Assembly: GCA_051294905.1 (NCBI GenBank)
Contig: CM119373.1
Coordinates: forward strand, 1,304,001 to 1,368,000
DNA: 64,000 nt
Reading direction: 5' to 3'
Source: Botryllus schlosseri
Taxonomy: Eukaryota
Positions within the stretch are counted from its first letter, which is position 1; each line of letters begins with the position of its first letter. The position numbers were made by a program, and so were the translations under genes. Shown here in pieces: positions 37,301 to 50,753 of the stretch. The notes below the pieces were generated by a model. That model did no database searches. It was not told the DNA's origin and saw nothing but the letters and a program-made list of their open reading frames with translations.

Positions 37301-37997
37301 GTCCGATGCTAGGTTAAAGTAGTCACGTGGCAACGCGTTTCAAAACATGCGACAAAAGATCAACTGACATTGCGGTTATTCTTCTTCTCGTCACGGTAAA
37401 ATCAGACAACTGTAGCTTCGAAATTTGTTAGATGAAGTTATCCTTGCTGCTAGATTCCGAAAACAGCGAAGATTCACACAGCATAGTAACGTTTTGTTGA
37501 AAACACACCCTTTCTAACAGATTTCATAGGCTTAGCGATATTCCAAGCAATTTTGAACCATGGGTCTTCAACGTCGTCGGCAATATTAACAATGCTTCAA
37601 AATATGGATTGCTCGGCTTGGCACCTAGCTAGCAACGCTTATCTCTAAGATCAGGCGAAATGCCCCACGCGTCTTTGACGTCGTCAACAAACTTAACAAT
37701 GCCTAAAAATATGGATTGCTAGGCTTGACACCTAGCTAGCAACGCTTTTTTCTAAGATCAGGCGATATGTATAACTCCAGATGGAACTGTCAGAAAACCT
37801 ATTCAAAACAATATGAATCTAACTAAACTCGACCATATATCAAGAAACCAAAACACACCAAAGAATAAGAATAAATCAAATGAAACAGAGATAGTGCGAT
37901 AAGAGAGCTCAAGTAGCTGAATTAATATGTAACAATACTGTGCCAGTAGTAATTGCGATCATAATCAAAGATCTCGTGGGTCGCGGAATAAGCGTCT
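34357..37997. mobile_element. Charlie-like element (same family as 30916-32159), right TIR lost, containing a nested fold-back element
   Basis: Starts TAGGGGTTCTCAAC; colinear similarity to 30916-32140 on both sides of the nested insertion. Confidence 0.8.
34626..36948. mobile_element. Fold-back hAT-related element with ~870-bp inverted repeats
   Basis: TIR TAGGGTGGAGTGAAAATGAC; perfect TSD TTATGCAC; inverted identity runs to ~35505/36088; transposase C-terminus relic (YFPTWFEIK, AHPENIM, PCHNQTVERHVKLVTEAS). Confidence 0.92.
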
Positions 37998-39355
37998 GAT
38001 GATGCATCCCTTCTGAAACAAGAAATTCGTTCACCACTTGCATAAGCGCCTTTGCAATATTTCTCCGCAGGTTCTGTGCTATCCATCGGTCAAAACAGAC
38101 ATGTAGGCTACGGCGGTTTCCTTCACAGCAAGCCAGTCATGCTTTAAGTTTGTGGGAAGTAGCCGCTGTTTGTTCATCATCATGTATCTAGTCACTGTGA
38201 ACATGTCCTGCATCAATCTTAAGTCATTATCTTCCAACCAACCTACAATGCGCTTACAGAATTACCGCCGTTAGTAAACTCCTTTACCAACTGATCAGCA
38301 AGCCACTGCCGTCGTGATCATTGAAGCATAGCCGATTAGCCAATCGAGAGCCGTGATTTCATGATTACTAGTCTTGATTCCGTTCGATGGTCGCTAGCAC
38401 GCCCACTCGTCGGTAGCTACTTTCAAACGCTTTGCGACAAATATTAACGACGTTCCTGAGAGCTTATTCCAGGCTCATTGTTATTTTTTATCAATAATCT
38501 ATAGAATGAGACATTGATACCCATCATTTTTGAGATTTTCCAAATTTTGGACAACCCTAATGCACATGCATATTTGCTTGAATGGTGGAAAATACTGAAA
38601 CCGATCATTTGGCGACTAGCAAAAAATCTCATTATAAAATCGCGGAATGTTCATATGACAAGAACGTTTGATATCGTGAATGCATTCCCTTCAATACACC
38701 ACTGGATAAGAATTCGATATAATATACATCTACACTCGTACAATTGATATGTTAGCAAAAAGTAGTGATGAAAATAACGAGAAGAGTTGCCTCTGACACG
38801 AACCGATCATCATCATGGGGAACACTTCTCAATGCGGTCAATATATCGAACAAGTTCTCATTACTCTCTCGCAATATAACTTACATGATTGATTTTCTGC
38901 ACTAACTACAGACAATACTGTGGAATCACTTTTAAAATGATGTTCAAGTGGCTGATCCTATGCTGGTATGACAGCTATAACCATTCATTTACTGATATGC
39001 GCCACATTATGGATATAATCAATGTCTACAAATTTACCTTGAAATAAATAGCACCATCACCGGGTCAGATACCATATCTTCAGTCACTCTTCCAATTGAT
39101 GTTCTGAAGGTCTTGACTGGCATTTTCAGTTTGGGCATTTTCTCTTGTTTTGAAGCAACCTTCAATTACTGTTCTGTTCTTTTGCGATGTTTGGCGATGT
39201 AGCATTTCACGGCTTGGTTGATTGTATCCAATGCAAGAGAACGGCTGAACTCATTTATTACATAGTTTGTATGCAATTATCATTATACATTCTGTAATAA
39301 CATGATCATCAGTCAATAAGGAGAAGCACAATTGCGTACCGGTAACAAACTATCG

Positions 39356-39893
39356 TCAACATGCAATCTTCACTATCTTTATTACGAACCTCAGATAAGC
39401 AATTACAATCCACAATGTCCTAACTATTACAAACCTCGCCAAATTTATATGCTTGTGTACCTTAATCGAGACTTTAATAATCCTGGTGGCGACCAGGATC
39501 AAGAAGCAGCAGTCTATACTCAGTCGGTTGTGGCAGAATCTTACTAATCTACCTTTCTGGTCCGCAGAAAATCCAGCAACGTGCAAAATCGCCAGATCTA
39601 TTATTTGATCTATATTTTTGGCCTCCACCCTTAATCATTGGATTTGCTCGGACTCGGAATTTTATGGGGTTGAAGTAATACGTATGCATTGTCACACTAA
39701 CATGCGCAGCTAGAAGAACTGGTGTGTTATCATTTCTATTTGTCCAAATTCGTAAATGCGAGACACAAAATAAGACAACTACTGGCACCATAAAACGTGC
39801 AGGCCTATTCACGTTTTCAACGACTGATACAACGCAAAATAGGCAAGAATGGTAGCGACGCTGGAAAATACGTTCCAATATTATCAATTCCAA
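39356..39893 (-). other. Unknown intronless ORF pair, putative paralog of 41293-42004
   Basis: By-eye similarity: IFQRRYH..FCVVSVVENV..PAR versus IFDIRYEH..FRVLSVSRNM..EAR. Confidence 0.3.
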
Positions 39894-41292
39894 TGAAATT
39901 CATGAACCGCTGAGAGCCTAATAAAACTATATAGCTGTTCAGAAAATTGGTCACATGGTCAGTTATGTGCAAAAAAGTATACGTTACTAGTAAATTCTAC
40001 GATATGCGTAAGCTTCTGTGCTATATCATTTGTATTATCAAAATTGGTAACTATAATTTGTATTATCAAATTGGTAAACATAGCGTTACGACGGAAGTAC
40101 GCTAACTACTCGAACAGGACGTATTTGCGTCACATCATTGGTACGCCGCAAAATACGCCGAGTGTCACAGGGAACACAGCTCGACTCCGCCAAGACGCTC
40201 AATGGTGTCAAATCGGTACGATACGTTTATCGGCATTCTGCTCAGGGACCCCTATTGTTCGCTATTCGGGACAACCTGTATATGGAATCGTGTCCTGTGC
40301 TCTTTCCTAATTAATATGGAATCGTGTCCTGTGCTCACACTATACGTTTTCTTAATTAATTAACTTGGAGAATCATCGCGGCTCGCCTGATATATCTTTT
40401 GAACTTCCAGGGCGAATATAGGATTTTAGTGCCCGGGCCAGATTTTAATTATTATTTTCGGAATCAGTGAAAAGTACCTCCCAATTGAGACTAGTTTAAA
40501 TAAATATTGCGCTCTGGTCGCCAGCACGAAGATAACCTATTCCGTTGACATTTTAGTGCTTACACACTACAGCAAAATACGCGAGTGATTAGTCTACCAG
40601 TTGCCGTTGTAATTAGTAATTACGACGTCAACATTGCGCCGCCATTCACTAAAGATAGATAGACAGATCAGGGTTCCATTTCCTTTGCCAGATTTTAATT
40701 GATGTTTACGTACCAACTATATAAAAATATATATCAAATAAATACTGATGGGAACTAACTACTGGGTCCCATGTGGAATATCGACACATCTTTATTGACG
40801 AAAATCGCTATCTTAAATGATGTGATCACAGAAATATAATGAGTAAAAGTCGTCCTGAGTTGAAAATAGTAGATACAAAGAAATGAGAAAGGGTATGGGA
40901 TATAGGTGGGATTAGTATGGTATATCCCAGCAACTCATTGGCTTGAAAATATAACATGGAGCCATCCCCCATGGAGCCTATGTGGGACCCATGTTATGAG
41001 ACCCTTCAATTTTGCCAACTCGACCCTTCAATTTTGCCAACTCATCTATCCACCTAAATACCACATGGGTACTACGGGGTTGAGTCTTGGACCATATTTT
41101 CAAGCTCGAAATAGTGCCAGGTGAGTACTACATAGTGTAGTTTATACATGGATGTTGTACCATGGATATATCTGCTGCTACTATACTGAGACGAGTCACA
41201 CGGTAATAAATGAAACGGAATCCAAACGAAACTCTTCAATGACCAGAAAATTGTGGAGGTTGAAGTGAATTCTCGGTTATTTTCAGTACAGC

Positions 41293-42004
41293 ATGATTTT
41301 TGATATTAGATACGAACACAAAACTGAAGAATTTCGAGTGCTATCTGTTTCCCGAAATATGCCTCAAGAGGCTCGAATTATCCGACGAGGCAAAAAATTC
41401 TGACCCACTCTGTGTGTAGTACCAATTGAAGCACTGCAGCAATGTAGAGAGATCCATCTGCGGCCCATTTATCGTGACATTAGAGTTAGACAGAAGCATC
41501 GCATCATCTCTGTATTATTGACTTCGCCAGCAACTGGCCGAGAAGTAGTAGAATATTATCAAGTAATTAGCCAAGTCATTTGAAAGCCATATGGCAGGTA
41601 TTCACCATTCACCAACCCGTTTTTCAAACAACCGCTACGTCGAAGCAGCGTTGTTAATCAAGAATGGATATTTTGCTCGGGGTGTGATCATTGCGGATCA
41701 TGAAACCGTGAGGAACGCTGAAGGCGGTACAACGTTTCTCACAAGACCGCAAAATCCGTTCCATTATAACGTCACGCTGCCGGCGAATTTTTCCCGGATG
41801 TTCGATTACGCACAAGTTGGTCTTCGCACCACCATGTTCGAGGAAATTGCAGAAGTTTTCGTGTTGACGCACTATGATGGCCGCGGATTAGTCGTCAACC
41901 CGGAATTCGAAGCACAAATACACGTCTTTTGTGATATACACGTCGGCCAGGACGGAATGGGCTTTTTTGCTTGTAGTTCCTGTATTTTGGTAATAGTAAG
42001 TTAA
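41293..42004 (+). other. Unknown intronless ORF pair (first has an internal stop; second is 137 aa)
   Basis: ORF 41591..42004 has natural-looking composition and is followed by an AT-rich tail. No family recognised. Confidence 0.35.
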
Positions 42005-42417
42005 GTATTTTTTGTTGGCCACCATATGCAATTGTGTAATTATGTTTTATTGCCATTCTATTCTATTTTGGCCATTTGATTAGAGTTTCTTTTTCTTAGC
42101 ATTGTGAGGTATTTTGTTTAGTTTGTCGCTTTTATGATTTCATTTCTAATTGCAATTTTGTATTATCCAAATAATGCTTTCACAGCATTAAAAAGGTTTT
42201 TAAAACATTAGTGAGCCGTTTCAATGTTGGTGTCGAGATCAATCAATAATATAAAATAGTTGTATTCAAAGTGTTTGTGGTTGCAATGTCTGTGTATATA
42301 GTTTATTTGCCTCTCTGAGATTACACTGTTTCATGGTTTCGTCGTATATTTGCATTAACGTATGCGTCACTATTTAAACTTCAGATAGATAGCATGCGGT
42401 TGTTTCATGAACTCATG

Positions 42418-43580
42418 TAGTGACGTGCGGTCCAATGAGGCAGGTGAGGCAGTGCCTCACCTGTCGTCTGGATGAGTAAGTGAAAATTGTGAAACCCCTC
42501 AATGAGTCGATGATGATATTGATGTTACACATCGATGTTCATAAATAACTAAATTGGAACATTTTTTCACCCAGCATCATCAATTTGCATCATTATTATT
42601 CAAAAATACAACGCGAAAGGAGAGGTGAGGCACGGGCGCGTCGTGCCTCACCTGCAACAATGCAATTCATCATAAATAGCTCGGCATTCTTAATAACTGG
42701 AATCAATGAAATGCTATAGTCACACTGATTCCAAAAATCTGAATATTAACAGTGTCAGAGCACCAGGACCCCCAAAAATCGCCAAGGAAAGTGACCTTCG
42801 CCTTCATCACAGACAATGCCATCGTAGAGAAACAATGGCTAGGTGAGGCACAAACGAATCTGCTTCATGCACTATTCGCTAACAATTGGAAAATCGAGAC
42901 GCAGTGAAACGCGCTACCGATTTCGGAATCCAACGGTCTTGTAGGAATTATATAAAAATAAGAAACGACGGCCAATGCGTAATGCGAAGCCAATACATTC
43001 CCTTACTTATTATGTAGCTGTTACGTATTTTGCACCCATAGCTACGTTAAATTGTGGCATGTGATAGCTACTTGCATAGGCTGGATTGTCGTTGTTTGTG
43101 TCCTTCATGCTGCGTTCGACTGCAATCCCTTTATCCGTTAATTGTGGTATGTGATTGTGATAGCCATACTTACAAAGCCTGCGTTGTTGTTTGTGGTGCC
43201 ACTCCTAGACACTAGATCTAGTATATTTTGACTTGACCTAGAGCATTTTCTTTCGAAATTCGGCAAATCTAGTGTTTTTTACTGAATAAAATTTGTAACT
43301 GAGGATGCTTTTTTCATGTTCATCGAATAGTTTATGCCGGAAGGCCTACTTGAAGAGATAGTAATTAATATTTGTCTAAACATGCCCATTTAGCACAATA
43401 GCGACCAGTCCTACATGTATTATAGAATGTGAAATTGCAACGGCTACCAGTGTGCAAAGAAAAGGCTCTCTATACCCGCTGCTGTTGTTATTCACATTTC
43501 AAGTCTCTATAAGTGCGTGTTGTTCTTTTGTAGGGGGGGGGGCGTGCCTCACCAGCCGTGAACCTCACCGCACGTCACTG
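42418..43580. mobile_element. hAT (Tip100-like) MITE
   Basis: TIR TAGTGACGTGCGGT / ACCGCACGTCACTG; perfect TSD AACTCATG; GTGAGGCA/TGCCTCAC repeats. Confidence 0.92.
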
Positions 43581-44299
43581 AACTCATGTCATTTGAAGTT
43601 TTACATAGCGTTGCATAACATGACGATAATTGTCGGATGAGTTGTCTTCAAAGATTTTGTGCTTGCAAGTTTTATATACAGTATGTTGCCGGTTTTGTAC
43701 TTCCTTGTTTCATGTTGTAGGTGCAATGTCCGGCACCACACTGTGTCATGACGTTGCCTTCGTCGTCGAATTAGGATCGACCTACAATTCGTCTCGAAAT
43801 TCTTACCATATTTGTTCGCGTATTATGACGATGGTGCTCGTATTAATCCTGGTCCTTAACTTTCTTTAATGTTACCAATCTTCTTCCTTCAAGAACACGC
43901 GTTCATACAGTTTTTATTTTGCGTTTATTTTTTATTTTTTGAACTTGCGTACATGAGGAAGCTGCCTGAATGCGAACAGGTACTCTCACACAACCCAATA
44001 CATTCGAGAAATACGTTCAAAAAGCAGTAACATCACAATCGGCAAGACATTGAACAAGTTCACTTATACCCACATGACTGCAACACAGAACACTACAGAA
44101 TGCCAACACCATATCAAGATATCTCGTTCAGCAGCTGCAACACCCATCGATCCCATCCTTACAGGGATACCCACAATAAATTACCGACCCGCCTATCCCA
44201 TCCTTACAAGGAGACCCCTTCGATCCCATCCTTTCAGGGAAATAACTGCAACACACGCACACAGATGAAGCGTCGACGAAGGACAAAGCCATCTCAAAG

Positions 44300-46230
44300 G
44301 TCAAGAGTCCAACGCTATGATTCCGATCAGCCTCGATCGTCCTCACCCGGGAGCGCCCTTTCAATGTCTTGCTTCAAAGAAAGTCCATGCAAAACAAAGT
44401 GGCTTGAGTAGTCTGCAACCAAGATAGCAAAGCACTCCTCCAAAGATGTATCTCTCTCCAGCATGTCATTACCGAAATCCAACATATCTTTAATTCTTCA
44501 GTAACACACTGCCCGTACCATGGTCCTGGCGTGCTCGCCACTGTAGAGGTAAGTGTTTATTCCAGCAACATAGCCCAAACCGGGCGTACACACGTCAACA
44601 CATCGGACGAGCGGAAGATAGTCCGCTCGCCGAGACAGTCCAGCACAAAAGAGAGCGAGTACGGTACAGCATGCGTGACAACGATAATATTGGTCACCTG
44701 CGGCAGTAGCAAGCAGGGGTGCCACAGTTGGATTGCATGTTCTAGCACCACGTTCTCTTTGCATGCCGAAGTATGCCTCCAAAGTGCCCTGGTTTAGTTT
44801 CTTCGTCATAACAAATTCTGCTCCGTTGCTCGGGGTTTTGATAATTTCAATGACTGATTTTGTGGCAATCCGCAAACCGTTTCTAGTCGCATCACTGAGA
44901 ATCATTTTTGATCGATCAACTTCGCATTCCAATTGCAGATTCCGGGCATTCACTTCCAAGCTATCCAAATATCCCAAAAATTCTGCGGACAGCCAGTTTA
45001 ACCGTGGGTAGTTTGTATTTTCGAATGGTCTTCTTGAATCCTTGGTATTTTCGAATGGTCTTCTTGAATCCTTGGTATTTTCGAATGGTCTTCTTGAGTC
45101 CTTGAACTTTTTACCCCAATACTCAGTATTCATGCAATCGAACCAAGTATCAATTGTGATTAGGTATTTTGCCAACGCCTCATACCCTCTACTTTGAACA
45201 GCTAAGCCTGAAAACAGCATATGCTAATATTGGGCTGAGTGGCAAACTTCATTTAATAGAATACCCGCCCACAATTGAAGATACATTTAATAGAATACCC
45301 ACCCACAATTGAAGATAATGTTTGGGCGGCAATACGCACATTCATTTTTTTTCATGTATTCTAGGATGCTCCGTCCTTCACCAGTGTTGCTGTCTTTTAT
45401 TTACTTTTGTTCATTATGTTACTCTTTGCGGTGCTACTCGACTGAGAGAAGAAATTGATTCATATTTTTATTAATACTGCTTGGGTGACTCCGGCCTAGA
45501 AGAGTTCGGTCATATCGGGTCTCCCAGTCTATACCGTGTAAAATATAGTTGGGAAAGTTTTTAAAAAAATGTATACTATTGGACGTGAATGTTTGTGGAC
45601 ATTACCTTTACTATATTTCATGGTTGACGAATAAAAGAATTCCTCTCTCTCTCTCGCCGCTCTAGCTCTTTGAGGCGTCCGAACCTCGCCTTGTTCTTTT
45701 GGCGTCTTCTCGCGCCTTAACCCAATTTCTTCGGCTCGGCCCCGTAAGTGAAGCGCGTATTCATATAAACATATACAGACGTACCAATACACAGAGGGCA
45801 GATGAGCAGAGGCGGAAACAATACCTCTTATGTTCATCGGCTTCGTTACTTATCGTGACACTGATCTGTGAAATCGTCTCAAAACCGTAAGTTGAATACG
45901 CAAAATCAGACATTGCCCGAACTCGCGGTTTTGACGCGAGGCTTCCGGGACCTCGTTTTGATTCTGGTTTCGCGGGTTTGCGTTCCCTGATCTTTAAAGA
46001 CTTTATCCATTATGAACCGTGTCCCTGTACATAAGCTGTAATGTAGTGCAATGACGCTGTAATGTAGTGCAATGACAACAGTTTGCAGACGAGTTCTTCC
46101 CACTGTCTTTAAAACGACTTGTCGCGCACGCATCTGTCCAAACTCGATAGTGCACCCATCCCTCGGACGTGCGCGGTAACGATCGCATCTGGAGAACTAT
46201 ACGTACGTGTTCGGGAGCGCAATCAATCAT
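44300..46230 (-). pseudogene. Second P-element/THAP9-like transposase pseudogene
   Basis: IDTWFDCMN, RLNWL..EFLGYL, LSDATRNGLRI and FVMTKKLNQGTLEAYFGMQRERGARTCNPTV; 30-bp triplication (KDSRRPFENT x3); weak THAP-like relic at ~45950-46200. Confidence 0.8.
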
Positions 46231-46708
46231 CATTTGGCCTTGATTGACACTCCTTAATCAAGCAGTCTGCAGTCACGGCTCATTTACGTAGCGTTGAGCG
46301 GATTCCGTAGTCCGTACCCAGTAATCGCAGCCATGCGTTAGATTCGATGAACAGTCGGACACGCGTCAGCACAAGCCGATAAAATAAACGCGCTCCTTGA
46401 GGATTAATGTAGCACTTTCGTTGACACGTTCATCCGCTTGCGTTGTTTGGTGACAGTGTTCATGTTCACTTGCGGCGCGGCTAGGCTGCCAAGAACAAAT
46501 CGACAATTGTAATTGTCGCAAAGCTTCTGACCTAACAGTATGTCGATGTGACGCTCCATCAAGCAAAGTTAACAGTGATGACATATAATTATACACACAC
46601 TGCCGAAACTTCCGGACCGGAACGCGTGTTTTTGAGTGCATATAGTTGTACTTTTTTCCTTTTGCCGGCTGTGGATTTGTTAATGGAGTCATCAGGTACA
46701 CTTTAGAG

Positions 46709-47390
46709 CAGGGTTTCTCAACTTCCGCAGAACATTATTACCTTGTATTTTTGGGCTGCTATTAAATTTGGGTTTCTGTAGCCTATCTACCAATCGTATA
46801 CGGACATTTAGGACATTTTTATGAATTGTAAAGCATTGATGGGCGAAGTTCGTAAGTTTGCAGTTGCTGTATTTTTGTGAGAATAAGTATCTTCCAGCGG
46901 CGCAAGTAACTCCCTTCATGGAGCGTGCATTGCATTCGTTACCAAGTCGTTATATGCACCTTCAAACTCTTCCACCATAGAACCGAACTTTCTGTTTCAA
47001 TGCGTGAGCGAGCAAGCATTAAATTACTTTCACTTTTTCGGTACTGAGGCAATTATCACTTTAAGCTCACAAATATACGAGAAGAAGTCTGGCGTTCGGG
47101 GTCATTTCTGAGCAAACCAACAACCCTTCTCCTTTCATTCCATAGTTAAAAAAGTCAGCTTTATCAAGTTGATGTCTTTCGCTGGTCCCTCCCCACTTTT
47201 GCCCCGCCAGCATTTCGTCTGCAAATATGCCCACTCTGATAAATGTACCCAGATAATAAGCTCTGCAATGTATATGGACTGGAGCCAGTGGATTAGTCCA
47301 ATGCGAGGCTAGAGTAGTCTTCGCGGCAACTTGTTTCAGAACATGTGGTAAAAGATCGACTGACATTGCTGTTACTCATCTGGTCCCCTT
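46709..47390. mobile_element. Truncated Charlie-like element copy
   Basis: CAGGGTTTCTCAAC start; colinear with 30916 onward. Confidence 0.75.
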
Positions 47391-47814
47391 GAACCAGAGT
47401 CCAGCCGTCCAATCAACTTGACTGAAACGATCAATCAACTCAGTGACATTAATCCGAAAATGCAGCAATACAGCTTAAACACCGATATAATGAGAAAACA
47501 ATTGTCGCGACGAAAGCTACTCAATATGGTGTCACACTCAAAACCGATTCGTGGTGATACTGATTAATTAGATTACACGCTTTCTCATTTGCCATCATCC
47601 ATATTTCTTGTTATCTACTTGATACATTCGTACTACAAAATTGTCGCACAAAGTCATTTTTCGCTCATCTGTTTTGTGAATGTCGCCGGTGCCGACAACT
47701 ATTTTACTTGAAGGATATTATAGTTATTGCTAGACAGTATTTTCAAAATTTGATTCGTAAATTAGTATGAAGTAAAGTATTTTAGGACAGATATATTGGC
47801 ACCATGGGGAAAAT

Positions 47815-48892
47815 ATGAATTTGGAATCGGTCGAAATTGGTGACGATCTAATTATAGTTCATTTTTTCTACAGTCTTGCTGTATTTTAGGTTTCTCAGTC
47901 AAAAAGCCTACCAGTATAGACGGACAAAGCAATCGATCGCTCCACTCTCTCGACGACGATGAAATAGACGCTGGGGAGGACGTGCCCGACTGCTTGGATG
48001 GCGAACCAGATAAATCTCTCGATGACAGTGAAATTGACATTGGTGAGGATATAGCAACCTCCGTCAAATCCACTCCAAATCACAGTCGCGGTGTGTATGA
48101 TTTTATTTCCGCAGTATATAAAAAATTAAAACTATCATTTTTATCTTACAGGCATATCAGCTCAATTGCAAGCCAGCATGGATGTTGCATTGCGAGCCAT
48201 GGATGCTAGATTACAAGCTACATTGAAAGCTACATTGAAAACCATGGGCCATAAAGTCCTCAACGTTCAACAAGACATCAAGCAAATGTCAAAGAGTGTT
48301 TACAAAACAGAAAGAAACATGGACTTGATTCTGCCACACTTCAAAGTGTCTCTGCCTACAGAACTCCCTGCCGCGTTTCCAATTAAAGATGGCGAGGAAC
48401 TCAAACAGATGGATCAGCTTGTAAAAAGTGATTCTGGAGTATTTGAACAAATTGTAAAAAATACCCCTGCCAATTAAGGTGCAGGCGCGTACTAATCTGC
48501 ACTTTCTTATAGGTGAAGGCTCTTATCGGTGTTGGTGGAAATACTACTGACGAATTCATAAGGCGGACAATGCCAAGACTAATGAAAAATGAATTTGCAA
48601 ATTGCTGCAGTGTCTTCGGAAGAAAGGATGACAAAATCTGTCTGAAAGATACAGTAATTTTTAATAGTGTTTTTGGTATGTTGCTCGATAGAATTTGAAG
48701 TATTTTATTCAGTTATGGACTGATTTATCTTGAACAGCTGCAGTCAAGATGAACTTGGCCACAAAAGAATGCACCGAAAAGGACGTTGAAAGCTCCATTC
48801 GAAAATGGCTTCAGAACTCCAGAGATCGTGCCGGCGGTTCAAGGTACGGACAAAAGAGCTGGAGTCAAGAGTGCCACAATGCCACAATCTGA
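47815..48892 (+). CDS. Spliced DUF4806-like protein (CACTA/EnSpm accessory gene), apparently open
   Basis: Manual splicing over four short GT-AG introns gives ...FPIKDGEELKQMDQLV...LIGVGG...IRRTMPRLMKNEFA..SVFGRK..KICLKDT...IRKWLQNSRDRAGG. The start codon is uncertain. Confidence 0.7.
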
Positions 48893-48999
48893 AGCATTGG
48901 GGTTACCTTCAACCAGAAAAGCGCGGCGTATTCATAATAGCAATCGTTTCATTTAACTGTGAGCACGCAAATAGTGTTCCGATTGTATGATAATCCAAG

Positions 49000-50753
49000 C
49001 TACCTCGGCTGTGTGGCTATTGCACTCTGGACGTTTCTGTGCCAGGATATACCAAGACATTGAAATATTGCCGGAGTTGCTCAAGTAGGAGTTATGCATT
49101 ACCAAATTTGAAGTGGAAGGAGCAATTTCCAAGACATGTAAAAACTATTTCAGGTGGAAGTACAAAATGAATTGAGTAGTATCAGAGAGTAGACTTTTTT
49201 CAATGGATTCCATAATCTAGCAGTTAATCGGGGAGGCTAATTTCGAAATATGTATCTCTGTAGGCTAATTCAAAATGACTAATTTATGCGTCCACTATAG
49301 ATAAAAGAGGCTTTTTCGTGCTGTTGTTTAAACAAACTTATCCTGAAACTACTAGCCACCTTTCAAAATCCTAATTGTAAAGAATAAGTTGTCAGTTTTT
49401 CGTAAACTGTTCACAGTGTTCAAGTAGAAGTTGGAGTAGTCTACACATAGTTGCTTGAGTAAGTGGTGCAAGTAGGCAAAACCTATTGAAGAATTCTGAA
49501 AGAGTAGGTGAGTGCAGTCGTGTAATTTCCTTGCCGAGTCATATCTTGATGGAAATCTCCCAAATGTACGAATGTTACATTGAATATATTGGATGGTTTT
49601 CTGTAGCCGATGTTGATGCTTATTTATTTGCACGGAGAAATTCTGCGTATCTGTTGTGAAACTAATAACATACGTCTATCGTTATGTTGAATCGGGGAAT
49701 TTGAAGTTGGCTCGTCTTGTTAGTTTTAATATCTGCCTTGCATAGAACGACATTATCCTTCCATTAGAATGGTCCACGTGTTCAGTTGAAAAATTTGGGA
49801 ATGTGTGTGTTGCATTCAAAATTATTCGCACCCAGAAATTCCCTAGGCCTAGAACACAAATTGATAATGAACATCTTTGCACTGTTGAGGGTAAAGAGGA
49901 ATTGCCCAATACCCATTGCAAACTCTTCACATTCCAAAACTGATCTCGTACCTGCTGCCTCTTCAGATTTTAATTAATGTCATGCCTTGACGTAATCAAG
50001 TTTGACCTGCATATTGAGTGACTACGGTAACCGATTTCAATTGATCACTGCTTCATATAATGATGATTTCTGTTCATATCCTTGCCATGTTTTTTATCAT
50101 TCTATTCCTTGCTGTATGTGATGCCTTTTGCACATGGTTTTCCAATTTCTTTATCATGCATTACCTTGCTTCATGTGACACTGCCTTTGTACATATTCTT
50201 GCCATATCTTTTAGTATTCTTTTGCTAGATTGCGGTAATTGCTTCTTTTTCAAGTCTTGCCAATTTTGATAATTTTTTCATCGCTGCCTCAAATTACTAC
50301 CTCGAATTACTTGTGTGGATCACTCAAATTTTTCAACCAAACGTGCAACACCACAAGGACAAGGGTTTAATGTTCTGCCGTGACCCATACATCTTTGTGT
50401 AATGTGTATTTGTTACTACTCACTATCGCCAACTGTACAGTTTCTCTGCATGTATAAATTTTGCAATATACTGATTTGCCCGATGACTGTGTGAATAGAT
50501 GTTGTTGTATTAGGTTTCGGGGTATGATATTGGTGGATGAGATAGTACAGAAGTGGGAGACAGGGCTAGTGGTGGATTGCGGCGGCGGGCTGTGGCACCT
50601 ATCCGGCATCGTGGGGCACCCACGTGGTACCCCACCTAATACCGACAGATATAGCCGCCACAATTTTGTGGTTACCAGGTGGTTTCCCTCGCGGTCACCT
50701 GCTATCGACCCACGTTGGTCCCTTGTTGTCCCCAAGTGGCCGTGTTACCTGGG
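49000..50753 (-). mobile_element. Probable CACTA/EnSpm transposase relic and element end
   Basis: Converges on the DUF4806 gene; ends in subterminal GTGG/CCAC repeats and GTTACCTGGG (CCCAG-type TIR) followed by TA. Protein motifs are heavily decayed. Confidence 0.45.
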
